Below, piece after piece: positions 38,308 through 52,890 of a DNA stretch of 64,000 nucleotides; positions within the stretch are counted from its first letter, which is position 1; each line of letters starts with the position of its first letter. This DNA is from the human T2T-CHM13v2.0 reference genome, Homo sapiens. A program made the position numbers and the translations under genes. The stretch is from the NCBI RefSeq assembly GCF_009914755.1, contig NC_060944.1, one strand, 5' to 3'. The notes below the pieces were generated by a model, which saw only the letters and a program-made list of their open reading frames with translations, was not told the DNA's origin and did no database searches.

Positions 38308-38418
38308 CAGTGATTCTCAAAGACCTAGGCTTCATCTCATTTCAGGGACCCTGGGTCTCTGTCTTCTGTATTAGCTCTTGAGGTAATTCTGTTACTCATG
38401 GAAGTTGGAGAAACACTG
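38308..38418. mobile_element. Short MER5-type hAT MITE with intact 8-bp TSD
   Basis: TIRs CAGTGATTCTC / GAGAAACACTG; perfect TSD CTCTAGGT at 38300-38307 and 38419-38426. Confidence 0.85.
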
Positions 38419-41400
38419 CTCTAGGTGCTTTCAGATTTTTTTTCATTTTATTATTATTATTATTATTATTTGCTATTGTGAATACCTGAATATAGTTGGA
38501 GCAGTTAAGCCAGTCTTCAAAGTCTTACTGAGACCCAGACCTACTTACACAGAGACGACCATATTTGCCTCAGTACTTGAATATATGTTTTTTAAAAAGT
38601 GATTCTTAGACTGAATTATCCAGAGAGAACATCAATTCTTTATCTTCCTATGACAATAGCTGCCTTGAGTAATTCTAATGGCTTTTCTAATTTGAAATAA
38701 TTAACAATCATAATCAGATCAACATTTTGGAGTAATTGGCTTGTAATTGCTTCTGACAATTAGGGGTTGGGAGATGGATAAGATTTAGAGATGGACTGTA
38801 TTTATAAAATCTGTGAAATTAAAATTGCCTCTAAGGTAGGATTTGAGTTCTAGCCATATTGATATACAGTGAGTAGGGTAGTGCTTATCTCTTGATTTAT
38901 GTCTCTTAAACCCAGGTTCAACATGGATGTCTACCAGTTTTTACTGTACAATGTAGATATATTTGATTAAAACATATTTTTACTCGTAAAATATAAAAAA
39001 CTATAAAATATTAGCATTCTATGTAGTTTATTTTAAAAACTATTTTCCATGTTAGAGGGAAGGGGTAATTTTCTGGTATGGAAAGACATCGGGTTTTCAA
39101 ATATTTATCAAATATACATCTTTTAGCAAAACTTAAACACATTTGACCAAATAGGTTATTTTTTCCTAGAGTATTTTAAACCATATATATTTGAAGGCAA
39201 AATTAATCCATCTGCTTCTGATTTCTTTACACTAAACTAAAAATTGCCATTTTAAAGATCAATTTAACAGTTGTGAAATCCTTTGAGAATTTTTTTATGC
39301 GTGTGAGAAAGTTAAAAAGACCTTTGAACCAGAGATTGATAGTAAATAAAGCATAAATATTAAGGTCTGTAGTTTGGATTTTGGAAACAAAGGTATTGTT
39401 AATATCTAAACATGGGGAAGGGACATGGGGGAGGAGTTGGGAAAACCCCTTTATCCAACTTCCTGAGAACGCCTAAGCATTGTTTCATCTTTGTATAAGG
39501 TATCGACAGTAGATATTTTAAAATAGAGTTCTGCTCAGTCACAACATTAAGTTTCTTATCTTCAGTTTTCAAAGGAAGCATTTCTTTCTCTTCTCCACCT
39601 TTTTTTTGGATGAATGCCACCATAGGATCTTCTGGGAAGTCACCTCTCCTCCCCACACCTCCAGGGCCTCTTATCCCAAAGCCTAACCTACCAGCAAGAG
39701 ATACCTATAAAGGGTTTGGGTTGAGTATTGGAAAGTGCCTAAAAAGGAAAATCCAAAACTGTAAATGTACAGTATTATTAAGGCAAAGGATTTTTAAAAA
39801 CCTGTGAAGTAACTTATTTTTCTAAAGTACTATAGATTTCCAAAGTGCTTGCCAATAAACTTTCTCATTATAGTGGCTCTAATAATGAGTGCTGACATGT
39901 GACTTAACTGGTAGAGGGCTTTAATGGCAATTGAAAGAATATTTAGTACTTGGCCCATCTTTACACTGTATTACATTTGGCACTGCGTCACCAGCTATAA
40001 AGTCTAGGATAATCCTATTGTTACATCAAATTGAAAATCCAATTTGCCTCCAACAACAAAGCACTGTTACATGTCTATGCCTCTTTGTAGGTGTCTTAGA
40101 AATGTATGCCTTAAGTACAATGATGTTGTGTTGAAAAGCATTGAATTAATGGTTCAGGGACTTATACAACCCACTCTAAATAAAATCCTCTTATCATTTC
40201 TGAATCACAAAGTCAAAATTTTATCCATTTTAACAAATGCTTCATGGATGACTGCTACCTTTTTAAACGGACAATTTGCTATGAATTATAACCGAATTGA
40301 ACATAATATCTCAGACATTAGCACTTTCCATATTACACTGACAAAATTCCTGATATGTGCTGTGATGTGGTTTTAGTAAAGAATATATTTCTATTTGTTA
40401 GATTGAAATCCTTTCTTAAAGTCCCCTAGAACTGTCAACTCTCCCAGGCTCACTGAGTATCTGTGACATGTGAATAGTTCAATATGTGGTATGGTCATTT
40501 CCCTATTCTAAAGGTCACCTGGTGAATAAAACCATTTAGTTAAAAAAGGCCATTGAAAATACACATAACTCTCTCATAATGCTAGGAAAACACTAAACAG
40601 CAAAAGGATATGGGCCACATAATAGAGTAAATGTCATGAGTTCAGTATTTAAAATGCGCTCTATTCCTAATGTATTACACTTTCAGGAAGTGTTTGATGG
40701 ACTGATATATTTACTTCGTGGTTTTCTTCTGAGTATAAAGATAAGTTATTCTTTTTTTTAACAAAAAAAGTTCCCAATGATGTGAATTCAGTCAAAGAGG
40801 GAGAAAGTTGTGGGTAAAGTTACAACCTTCACTTTATAGATGTGTTATTTTCATAAAGTCATGGTCAGTAACCCAACTATTCCTTGCAAAAGCATATTTT
40901 TCCTTCTGCAGCTAGTCTTACGCAAACGTGAAATATTCAACAACCTTGATGTCATAAACCTTTGCTGCCATTATTAGTAAGCACAAGTTTTAGAGTTATA
41001 TTTTATTAATGATAGGCCTTTTAATAACAGAAATAGACTATAAAATGGTGTTTTTAAATTAAACAATTAAGTTTTGGATACTCGCTAGCTACACATCTTC
41101 TGAAAATCAATTTATTTTTGTGAGCATTTCTTGCAGTTTTTCTTTAATAGAACAAGGGAAGTTTTCATGACAGTACAAGTCTTCATCTATCTCCAAAGAC
41201 TTCAAGTTTAATTCAAGAATAGATTAAAGACATATACTTCAAATTAAGTTATAAGATTTGGGTATTTAAAACACTTTACAGTGGAATAATGAGTCTTATT
41301 TTTTCATCTCACTTGTAAACTTGTCTTGTCATTCAAAGTTGAAAGTATAGGGACTTTACATAAATGTACAGGATGTTGCCATTGTTTAAAATAATCTTGG

Positions 41401-41433
41401 CTTCCTTTTATGAACTCATATTTTGTCTCAGGT

Positions 41434-41481
41434 GTGATTATTTATCTCAGCCTAAACGTGATTATTTGTCTCAGCCTAAAC
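41434..41481. repeat. 24-bp tandem duplication
   Basis: GTGATTATTT(A/G)TCTCAGCCTAAAC x2. Confidence 0.9.
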
Positions 41482-42266
41482 TTGATGCAAATCACCTTCT
41501 GGGAGGCAGATTTGACCTTTGAAAAATAGAAAGATGATTGAATGTGAAGTCTGGTCCCTAAGGTAGGTTAACAAATTGGGTAAGGCTAATTTTCTTTAAA
41601 AAAGAGGTAAGTGCCTGTCTGTTTCTTCCATGGCTCACAACTAGGATGCTTGACTAATTTAGATTGATTAGGTGTTCAATCAATAGTTTAGACAAAAAAG
41701 TCGGCTTTTACTCTGAGTGAACTGGGAATGAATGAATACATGAATTCAACAAATATTGATTGAGTGCCTAATATGTGATGGGCACACTTCTAGATGTTGA
41801 GCACAAAAATGTTCTGTACAAAAATCTTTGCATGTTCAATGTTTACATCCTAGAGGGAAAGAGGAAAACAGGTAAATAGGATAAATAAATACCATAAAGA
41901 GTAGATTAGGAGAAAATGTGGGAAGAGAGGATAGGTCACATTAGAGAAGTATTGCAATTTTAGGCACTGTGGTCAAGAAAGGTCACAGAGAGAAGAGTGA
42001 GCCAGGTATTTGAGTCAGGGCATGAGGAAGTGAGGGAGGAGCCATGCAGATTCTGGGGAACAAGCTTTTCATGTGAAAGCAGCTGGCACATGGAAGAACT
42101 CCTACAACCTGGGCAGAGTGAAAGAAGGTAAGAAGAGTAGGAGGCAGGGAGGGGGATCACGTAGGGCCTTATGGGTCAATGAAAGGACTTTGGTTTTTAA
42201 TCTGAGTAAATTAGGAAGGCTTTAGCTTCTGGAAGAGTTTTAATAAACAAGTGTTGTGATCACATT

Positions 42267-42935
42267 GATGTTATGTTGTGTTATGTTATATGTAGTTTAT
42301 TTATTTTTAAAGATGTAGGGGATACAAGTGCAGTGTTTTTTTACATGGATATATAACATCGTGGGGAAGTCTGGGTTTTTAGTGCACTCATCACTTAAAT
42401 AGTGAACACTGTACCCTACAGGTAATTTTTCAACTCTTACCTCTCACATTTTTTAGTCTCCGGTATCTATTATTTGCTTTTCTAAGTCCACATATACCCA
42501 TTGTTTAGCTTCCACTTATAAGTGAGAATATGAAGTATTTGACTTTCTGCTTCTGATTCATTTCGCTTAGGATAATAGGCTCCAGCTCCATCCATGTTGC
42601 TACAAAATACATGATTTCATTCATTTTTATAACTGAGTAATATTCCACATATATATATATCACCTTTTCTTTATCCACTTCTCTGTTGGTGGACACTTAG
42701 ATTCCATGACTTTGCTATTTTGAATAGTGCTACAGTAAAGTCGATAAAAATATATACAGGGGAAAGGACACCCTCTTCAATAAATAGTGCTGGAAAAATT
42801 AGATTACCATATGCAGAGGAATGAAACTGGACCGATATCTCTTGCCATATACAAAAATTAACTCAAAATAGCTAAAATACTTCAACGTTAGATCTGAAAG
42901 AAACCCTAGAAGAAAACCTAGGAAAAACTCTTCTG
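42267..42935 (-). mobile_element. L1PB4/L1MA1-like L1 with inverted 5' segment (42737-42935 is plus)
   Basis: Antisense 3' UTR GGGGATACAAGTGCAG...GAAGTCTGGGTTTTTAGTG; sense ORF2 piece GGGGAAAGGACACCCTCTTCAATAAA...AGAAGAAAACCTAGG. Confidence 0.9.
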
Positions 42936-44489
42936 CTCATTTACCTTTTAAAAGGATTGCTCTGGCTGCCATGTTGAGAATACACTAGAGGGAGGCAAGG
43001 GGAAAAGAAGTTAGGCCAGTTCCAAAGCTACTGCAATAATTCTGGTAGAGCCGATGGTGGATTCGACGTGTGGGAAGTATCAGTCAGGCCCCCAACAACA
43101 AACAGGTGGTATGCTTGAATTTTGACAATTCAAAATAGGAATTTTGTCTGTTTTACGAAGAAGTTAACTACAGAGTGTGGGTGGGGAATAGAGGAATCAT
43201 AAGGGATAGTGTGGGGATAACACAAGCTGCTTATCTCTTACTATGCTTGGGCCAAAAGGGATAAGGGAGGAAAATAGTTCCAGAACCTGACAGCAGGAGA
43301 AAGTGTGTAGAGAAGATCCCCTTGAGAGGCGCAGGGACACAGCCATCCTGGGCTGATCTCACAGAGTGAGCCAGTATGGTAGACACCATGACATCACCTT
43401 CTTCCTTCCACCTCATCTTCTGTCAAGGTCAAGGCTTTCCACTGGCTAAACCCAACTAGGAGTCAGAGGGAAGGGAACCACTGATATTCTTACAAGGTCT
43501 GTGTGCTGGAACGGAAAGCAGGATGCAGCATAGTGAAAAGCACATCTGGTCTACTCCTCTTTTTCTCAGGTTTTTCTCTTCCCTTTCATCTGGGTGAAAA
43601 GGTTGTGTCTTCTACCCAGGGACTACATGAAACCCCATCAGATATCACATCACTGTAGATGTTATCTATCCAGTAATCCTCCTATCTACCATTTAAATGG
43701 ATAACCATCACTCACATTTTCATATAAGGTGGTGGTGAACTCAAGGATAAAGAAAATAAATAAGACATAACTACTACAGTCTTTGCTTCTGTACTTGGTG
43801 ATGAGCCAAAATTGGTAATCACTATTGCCTCCTGTAAGTCAGTACATATTTCCTTTACCATTACCAACCTTACCATATGCCAATGCCATATACATAATCC
43901 ATGTTCTTTACCAGGTAGCGTGACTAAAGACATTGTTTGTAGAAGATATGAGTTCTTGGTGGTCTTGTCTTTTTTGGGTTGCCAGTTTTCCATTGGCCAA
44001 AAACTTTTGGCTAAAAGAGTACTAACAGGTACTCCACTGAATGCATATGCCCTTCAAACAGTCTTCTTACCCACACTGTATTAGACTCAATGGTACAAGG
44101 GACCACGTGGCCAGGGTGAAGTCTCAGTTTCCAAATCATTGAGTTATTGATCATTTTTTCCTGGTGGAATCATTCCTGCCTTGGATCTCAAGACCTCTAA
44201 ACACAGTGAACCTTAGGCTATAAGGATGAGAAAAAAAAATTTTTAAGTGAGTTATTGATATAATAGTGAGAGGGATCAGTCTACTACTTAGTTCCTGGAT
44301 GTGTACATTCAGGCTAAGTTTTTTAAAAAAGCAAAATATGTTGGTCACATATTTAAAACAGGTATGGCATCTATAATATAACACCCAGTATTCTAATGTG
44401 TTGACTTACCGCTGGTTTTGTTATTGATCTTTCTCCTGGTCATCCCATACTTCTGTGACACCAACTATTTCTGACTGATGGGTCATGTG

Positions 44490-44745
44490 GTGATTCCATG
44501 AGTATGAACACACCGCCTCATTACCTTTGCTGTAAAATGAATCTCCTGGTTGGGGGCAATGTTGTACAGGATACTATGGCAATGAATAAGGAATTCTGTA
44601 ATTCCACAAATGCTTGTGCTTGCAGAAGCACTGTGGGCAGGAAAGCAAAATCAGTATCCTGAATATATGTCTATGTGAGTATAGTATATTTAGAGGCTGT
44701 TATCTCTTTCCCTGATGTAGTCAACTGCCACCAGGTGGCTGACCG
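44490..44745 (-). pseudogene. Degenerate ERVL integrase core
   Basis: Translates ATWWQ(fs)DYI...IDIYSGY*FCFPAHSASASTSICGITEFLIHCHSILYNIAPNQEIHFTAKVMRRCVHTHGI; compare ERVL IN ATWWQVDYIG...DTYSGYGFAFPA...GLTECLIHRHGIPHSIASDQGTHFTAKEV. Confidence 0.85.
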
Positions 44746-45295
44746 GGGTTGGCAGGAAATTCTACAGTCTTGGATTATCAGCATTTGCCTCTGTTGTTGG
44801 CTGCATACAGCAATAGTAGTAGCCAGGTCAGCCTTGATGAGAGAAAAACTATGCTATTGATTCACAGCCTCCATATCCACTTTGTATATGGACCTACCAG
44901 CAATCTAAATGCAGCATTCCAAATAGAAAATAGTTATCAGCAAAGAAGAGCATATCCTACCAAATCCTAGACATCTGTAGATGATTTTCTACTTGGGGCA
45001 TGCCAGGCAAGCTATTCAGCAATCCTGCCTACCACAGACAAATCAATCATTATTGATTCTTCTGCGTCATAGACCCACATGGTATAGCAGCTTATACCAA
45101 AGCCTCTACTACTATAGAATATCTTTTGTACTCTGAGTCCCATTCAAAATTTGCAGTCTTATGGGTTATCAAATAAATGGTACAGAGAAACACACCCAAA
45201 TGTGTTATGTATTGTTTCCAAAACCCAAAGAGATCTCCCAAATTTGAGTCTCTTTGAGATGAGTGGTGTAAGTTGCAGAAATTAAACTCACTTTA

Positions 45296-45390
45296 TTTTT
45301 TATTTTTTAATAGGAGAAAAAGCATGGAAATTTATTTAATATGTATGCACAGGAGTCTTCAGATTGAAGACTCAAACTTCCAGTGGGACT
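45296..45390 (-). mobile_element. Tiny polyadenylated retrocopy (LTR-like 3' end) with TSD
   Basis: T-rich tail at left; minus-strand AATAAA at 45331-45336; direct repeats CTCACTTTA at 45287-45295 and 45391-45399. Confidence 0.65.
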
Positions 45391-45873
45391 CTCACTTTAG
45401 AAGGAGTAGCCTGGCATAACCCACACTGCTGGGTCCCCATAAGCCCCAGTGTGGCTGGCTGTTGAACTTCTGCACAGTCTCTCTCTCACAATTTGGAATG
45501 CATATACCTTACTAAGTTATCTAAGGAACATAATATTTCATGCTTACCAAGTCCATTGTGATCCATGAATTAGACTAACATTATGTTCTATGGAATTTCA
45601 AGTTGATTATGTTCCCTATTACGATAGACATCGTTGACTTGTCTCTGAGAAAAAGACTTTCTTTCTTAATTGTAAAGGGAAGAAAATATTTATCAGGTCA
45701 ATAGCTGCACACCAGGTGATAGAGTTTGTGTTGACTTTATGTAGTGGAGATTGACTATTCTTTAACTGTATTTATGGTTACCATGACCTTAGAATTAAGT
45801 TTTTGGTAATCTACTGTCATTCTGCATGAGTCAACTTTTGTTATTGTAGTTTTCACATGCCAAAAGGGGGTAA

Positions 45874-46273
<400 letters not shown>

Positions 46274-47367
46274 TAATTTGCTCAGAAATATGGTAAATAT
46301 TTTGGCCTGTTATTTTGCCTTTATTGGAAAGAAAATCCAGTGGAATTTAGAATTTCAAGAGTCTTAGCCTTATCTATATCTACCCAAATATCCCTATATC
46401 CTATCTCAGGGTTTCACTTCTTTCCCAATATTGCTCTTACCTTAGCACAGGATGCCTGGTTGGGCTGAATGTTTGAAAAGCACTGCAACTCTACAAACTT
46501 TAAATCCTAAACCATATCTGTTTTCTGACTACAGGAGATAAGCGACTCAATTCCGCTGTAAAGATCTTCTGATTCTCCATGTTTCCTTAATTTTATGCAC
46601 ATAATTTAAAATTTTTATTTTCCTTGTGTTTATTTTCTAGGATTATAGTGACAAGAAAGGTGACTTCACAGTCCTTACAATCGCTAACGTTGCCATGATG
46701 ATACAGTAGCACAGCCACTTGATGTCCCAGTGCCTTGCTTATACTTGCCCTATATCCTGTGCTGAGCGGAGTAGTCATGTTGCCGCTGTGTGCTTAAGAT
46801 ATCTCTTGTCCCATTTCTCTGTTTGATATATTTGCAACCCAATCATAGCATTTCACTTTGAGAGTCAGATTCTTGAGATTACTTTCAGTAGCAATTTCTC
46901 TTATTCGTGTTCTCAATCAGGGAACAGGTACCATATTCAAATCAACATAATTTAAACAAGGTTTATGTACAAAGTGACTATTTACAAAGATGTAGTTGAA
47001 GTACAGAGGAACTGTAAGGGATTTGTAATCAACTCTAGGCCAGAGGGACAGTGAGTCAGATTTCCTAGAATCCAGAAGAAGGAAGTTGCTTTAAGCAGGC
47101 TGACTTGAGAGGACTAGGAAGCTTCAACAGAGACATGCCAGTATAAAGGGGACTGTGGGGACTGTGTGACGGGAGCAAGGAATATAACTCCTCTGAATTA
47201 ACTCTCTCCATTCCCTCAATGGGAGAGCTTCTCATGGTTGAACTTAACTGAAAGATAGTGAGGAAGGAAGTGGATTTGGAGATCACCATGAGGAAGGGTG
47301 GAGGACAAGTGGAAGATATCTGAATCTGTGGCAGCTATAGACATGATGATAACTATTCGGTTTCTCT

Positions 47368-47536
47368 CTCTCTCTCTTTTTTGTTTTTTTGAAACAGGGT
47401 CTCACACTGTGGCCCAGGCTGGAGTGAGGTGGCACTGTCATGGCTCACTGTAGCCTCAACCTCCCAGGCTCAGGCGATCCTCCTACCTCAGCCTCCCAAG
47501 TAGGTTGGACTACAGGCACGTGCCATCACACGTGGC

Positions 47537-47579
<43 letters not shown>

Positions 47580-47684
47580 GTAGAGACAGGATTTCACCAT
47601 GTCGCCCAGGCTGGACTCAAGCCATCCACCTTCGTCAGCCTCCCAAAGTGCTAGGATTACAGGCATGAGTTACCACGCCGAGCC
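47368..47684 (-). mobile_element. Alu (AluJb-type) with (TTTA)n middle
   Basis: TSD C(G/A)GTTTCTCT; small internal deletion at CTGG/ACTCAAG. Confidence 0.93.
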
Positions 47685-49197
47685 CAGTTTCTCTTAATTT
47701 GAAGGAAGAGCAGATATAATTGGCCAATAGGTTAAATACGGGGTATGAAGGGAAGGATGTAGAAACAGAGAAGTCAAGAATGACTGCAGGTTTTTTTGTT
47801 TCTGTTGTTGTGTTTTTAATCTGAACAACTGAAAAGGTGTAATGGACATTTACTGAAAATGGAGAAGAATGTGAAAAAGGAAAGTTTGGGCGGGGCAAAA
47901 TATAGATGTTTAATTTTAGGATATATTAAATTCTAATGCCTATTTGGCACCCAGTGGAGAAGTTTAGTAGGATGTTGGACGTATAAGCCTAGAGTTCTTG
48001 GGAGAGGTCCAGACTTATAAATACTTAAAGCTATGGGACTTAAAGAGAGCATCAAAAAAGTGAATATGATAGAGAAAAACCCTAAATGCTGAGCCCAAAC
48101 ACTGCAATAGTTAGAGTTTAAGAAGACTAGTAGGAACCGGGAAATCTGACTGAAGAAACTGTGGGGTGGGAGAAAACCAGGTGAATTTGATGTCCTGCAA
48201 GTCAACTGTAGAAGGTGTTTCCAAAAAGGAAAATATTTAAAACATTTAATCTATTTTGAGTTAATTTTGTATATGGTGAAAGATAGGGGTCCAGTTTTAT
48301 TCTTCTGTGCATATGTCTAACTTGCTATCCCAGCACCGCTTATTGAATAGAGAGTCCTTTCCCCCTTGCCTATTTTTGTTGACTTTGTTGAAGATCAGAT
48401 GATTGTAAGTTTGTGGCTTTATTTATGGGTTCTCTATTCTGTTCCATTGTTCTATGTGCCTGAATTTTTCAGTACCGTGCTGTTTTGGTCACTATAGCCT
48501 TATAGTGTAGTTTCAAGTCTGGTAATGTGATGCTTCCGGCTTTGTTCTTTTTGCTTAGGATTGCTTTGGTTATTTGGGCTCTTTCTTTTAGTTTTATATA
48601 AATTTTAGAAGTTTTCCTAGTTCTGTGAAAAATGACGTTGGTAGTTTGGTAGTTTGATAGGAATAGTTTTGCTTTTATAGATTGTTTTGGGCAGTATGGC
48701 CATTTTAATAATACTGATTCTTCCAATCTGTGAGCAGGTAATGTTTTTCCATTTGTTTGTGTCATCTATAATTTATTTCAGCAATATTTTGTAGTTCTCC
48801 TTGTAGAGATCTTGCACCTCCTTGTTTAGATATATTCGCAGGTATTTTTTGTGGCTATTGTAAATGGATTGCATTCTTGATTTGGCTCTCAGCTTGAACT
48901 TTATTGGTGTATAGAAGTGCTACTGATTTTTGAATATTGACTTTGTAGGATGAAACTTTGAATCCTGGAAGAAAACTTAGGAAACACAATATTGGACATC
49001 TGCCTTGAGAAATAATTTATGACTAAGCTTTCAAAAGCAATTGCAACAAAAACAAAAGTTGACAAGTGGGACCTAATTTAACTAAAGAGCTTCTGGACAG
49101 CAAAAGAAAAGATCAACAGAATAAACAGACAACATATAGAATGGGAGAAAGTATTCACAAACTACACATTCAACAAAGGTCTAATATCCAGAATCTA

Positions 49198-49638
<441 letters not shown>

Positions 49639-50065
49639 TTATCAGAGAAATGTAGATGAAAACCACAATGATATACTATCTCACATGAGTCAGAATGGTT
49701 ACTACTAAAAAGTCAAAAAATAACAGATGCTGGTGAGGCTGAGGAGAAAAATGAACACTTATATGCTGTTGGTGGGAATGTAAATTAGTTCAGCCATTGT
49801 GGAAAGAAGTTTGAAAATGTTTCAAAAAACTTAAGACAGAACTACCATTTGACTCAGCAATTTCATTACTGGGTATATTTCCAAAAGATAATAAGTTGTA
49901 CTACAAAAAAGACACATGCACTCACAGGTTCATTGTATCACTACTCACAAAAACAAAGACATGGAATCAACCTAGGCACCCATCAAAGGTGGATTGGATA
50001 AATAAAATATGGTATATATATATACACCATGAAATACTATGCAGCCATTAAAAAAGAAGGAAATT

Positions 50066-50401
<336 letters not shown>

Positions 50402-52444
50402 TCACATATAAGTGGGAGCTAAACGTGGGTTACTTATGGATATAAAGATGGCAGCAATAGAAACTAGGGAATATTAAAAGAGAGAAAGGGTTGAAAAACT
50501 AACTAATGAATACTATGCTCAGTACCTGGTTGATGGGATCAATTGTAACCCAAACCGCAGCATCACGCAGTATACCCAGGTAACAAACCTGCACATGCAG
50601 CCCTGTGAATCTAAAACTAAAGTTAAAATTATGATAAAAAAGAAAATAATCTAGTGCTGCTGACTGAATTAGACAAAAATTAACTATTTTGTTTATCAAA
50701 GTTGAGGTCACTAATAACCTTCACTTTTAGTAGGGTAGTAGGAACAAAAACCTGAATGGAGTGGGTTAAGGATAGAAATTTAAAAATGGACGGTAGGTAT
50801 ATAGATACTTATTTCTAGAAGGTTTTCTGTGAGAAGGAAGGAAAAAATAGGGTCTTTTCTGGGAGGTGAAAGTAGTATTAATAGACAACTTTGTTTTATA
50901 ATGATGAAAGGTATTAAGAGTCTGAATATACCATGATAGAAATAGATCAAAAAGAACAAAGGAACCACTGATGATACAGAAGAAAGGGATGAATTGCTGG
51001 AGCAATATCCTCTAGTAAATGAGAATGGAAGAGTTCGCCCTAGATAGATACCTGGCAGCTCGTAGCACCAGGAGAGAAGATAGATTGATTATATGGGCTC
51101 ATGGGCAGATAGGACAGTATATAATGTGATGACAACTTGTGAGGTCTGATCTGATTGCTTCTGTCATCTCCATGAAGCAGGAGCAAGGTTATCAGCTAAC
51201 CGGGAAGATGGTAGGAAGTGCCAGATGTTTGCGGAGAATGGAGAAGGGATCACACAGTCCTCCTAAGAGTGAGAGATTCAATGAACCAAGAAAATGCAAT
51301 GTGGTTTTGGGCAGCGCTGGGACACCCCATAAGGTTATTCATCATTGAAGTAAGAACAGTCAGCATAGGCTTGTATTTTTCTCCAGCCACATCCAGTTGT
51401 GTAGGTGCAGGCGTGGGAGTAGACTGATAATTGGATTTAATGAAGATTGCAGTTTAGCCAGCAAGTTGGAGAACTTTAGAGATCAAATGTCACCTTGTGG
51501 TTATACTTGAGTGACAAGAAACAAATTTGTTGAGTTTCTAATACTATTCCCAAAGGTAATTATTAAACCATAAACTTCAATATGAAATACATCCTTTAAG
51601 ATTAATTTTAACATATCGGACATTTAAGCCATATAATTAAATTTAATTAACATTTTATATGCTAATACAATTAAGAAACCAAAAGACTATATAGTAAGGC
51701 ACATTTTATTATATAATGATAAAAAAGGAAAATTTATTACTTTCATTTTTACTTTGATTCTATATTAGTTATACTGGAATCTTTAGTTGTATTCCTAAAT
51801 TAGAGAAAGATTATACTTAGGAAATGGCTATCTCTTCTGGTTTTAGACCATTAGGTTTGTATGTTAGTTTCTATTTTTAAAATGAGAAGTCAGTTCAACT
51901 TTATACAAGTAGAAATGATGGGTGGATGTCTGTCCTCCAGGGGGGTTTCAGGGGCATGCAATTCTTCCCTTACTCTAAGCAATCATCCAGGTGCTTAAAT
52001 TTCCTACCATCATTTTGTTTTTAGAATTGAAACATAGCCTCATGGAAGACATTTAAGATGACACCTAGAAGGACCCATTGGTCCCAGTCATCATTCTTGT
52101 TTGGTTTGTTTTATTAGATTAATACGAAAGAAAGTGGAGCCCTGAGTGTATGGCACACATGTCCGGTGAGTATTGATCAAAGGTAGGAAGTCAAGAATGA
52201 GCTTGCCTCTGCAGTAGGCCATGTCTAGGTCCATTCCCATAACCCTGAGGGCATGGTTACCTGGGTTGCAGCTCTCAAACAAGGAAAGGGTTATGTTTAA
52301 AGGACACTTGAAGATAAACTGAAGATACTCCCCATGTGCTTTATAATATTTCTAAAACCTGGCTCTGAGCTCCAGCATCTTATCTAAAATTGTTAGTTTT
52401 TTGAAAGATAAGTTTATCTTTTCTATCAGAATAGCTAATAATCA

Positions 52445-52890
52445 TATAATACTTATTTTTGGCTTACTGTGTTTTGAGCAGTGTGTTAAGGCTAATGCCT
52501 ATGTTTTGGTTTCTTCAAGCCTAAGAAAAAACATTGAGGTTATCGCTTTATACGTGAGGAAACTGAAGCTTAGAGTATTATTTATTTATTTTATTATTTA
52601 TTTATTTATAGAGACAGGGTCTTGCTCTGTCATCCAGGCTGGAGAGCAGAAGCATGATCACAGCTCACTGTAGCCTCAAACTCCTGAGTTGAAGGGATCC
52701 TCCTGCCTCAGCCTCCTGAGTAACTAGGACTACAGGTGCGACACCACACCTGGCTAATTTTGTTTTTTGTAGAGAAGGGGTCTCACTATATTGCTGACAT
52801 TGGTCTTGAACTCCTGGCCTCAAGTGATCCTTCTGGCTAGAACATTTAAATAATTTATTCAAAGCCCTAAAGCTAGTGGAGAGTCTAGAT
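52445..52890 (-). mobile_element. MIR split by an Alu
   Basis: TTTATACGTGAGGAAACTGAAGCTTAGAG [Alu] TTTAAATAATTTATTCAAAGCCCTAAAGCTAGTGG. Confidence 0.7.
52576..52836 (-). mobile_element. Alu (AluJ-type), 5'-truncated ~50 nt
   Basis: (TTTA)-type tail; GATCACAGCTCACTGTAGCCTCAAACTCC; ends at CAAGTGATCCTTCTG. Confidence 0.93.

Noticed and set aside
39399-39656. Protein-like 85-aa minus ORF (GDFPEDPMVAFIQKKGGEEKE...)
   Set aside because: Composition explained by a pyrimidine tract on the plus strand; no acceptor or known match
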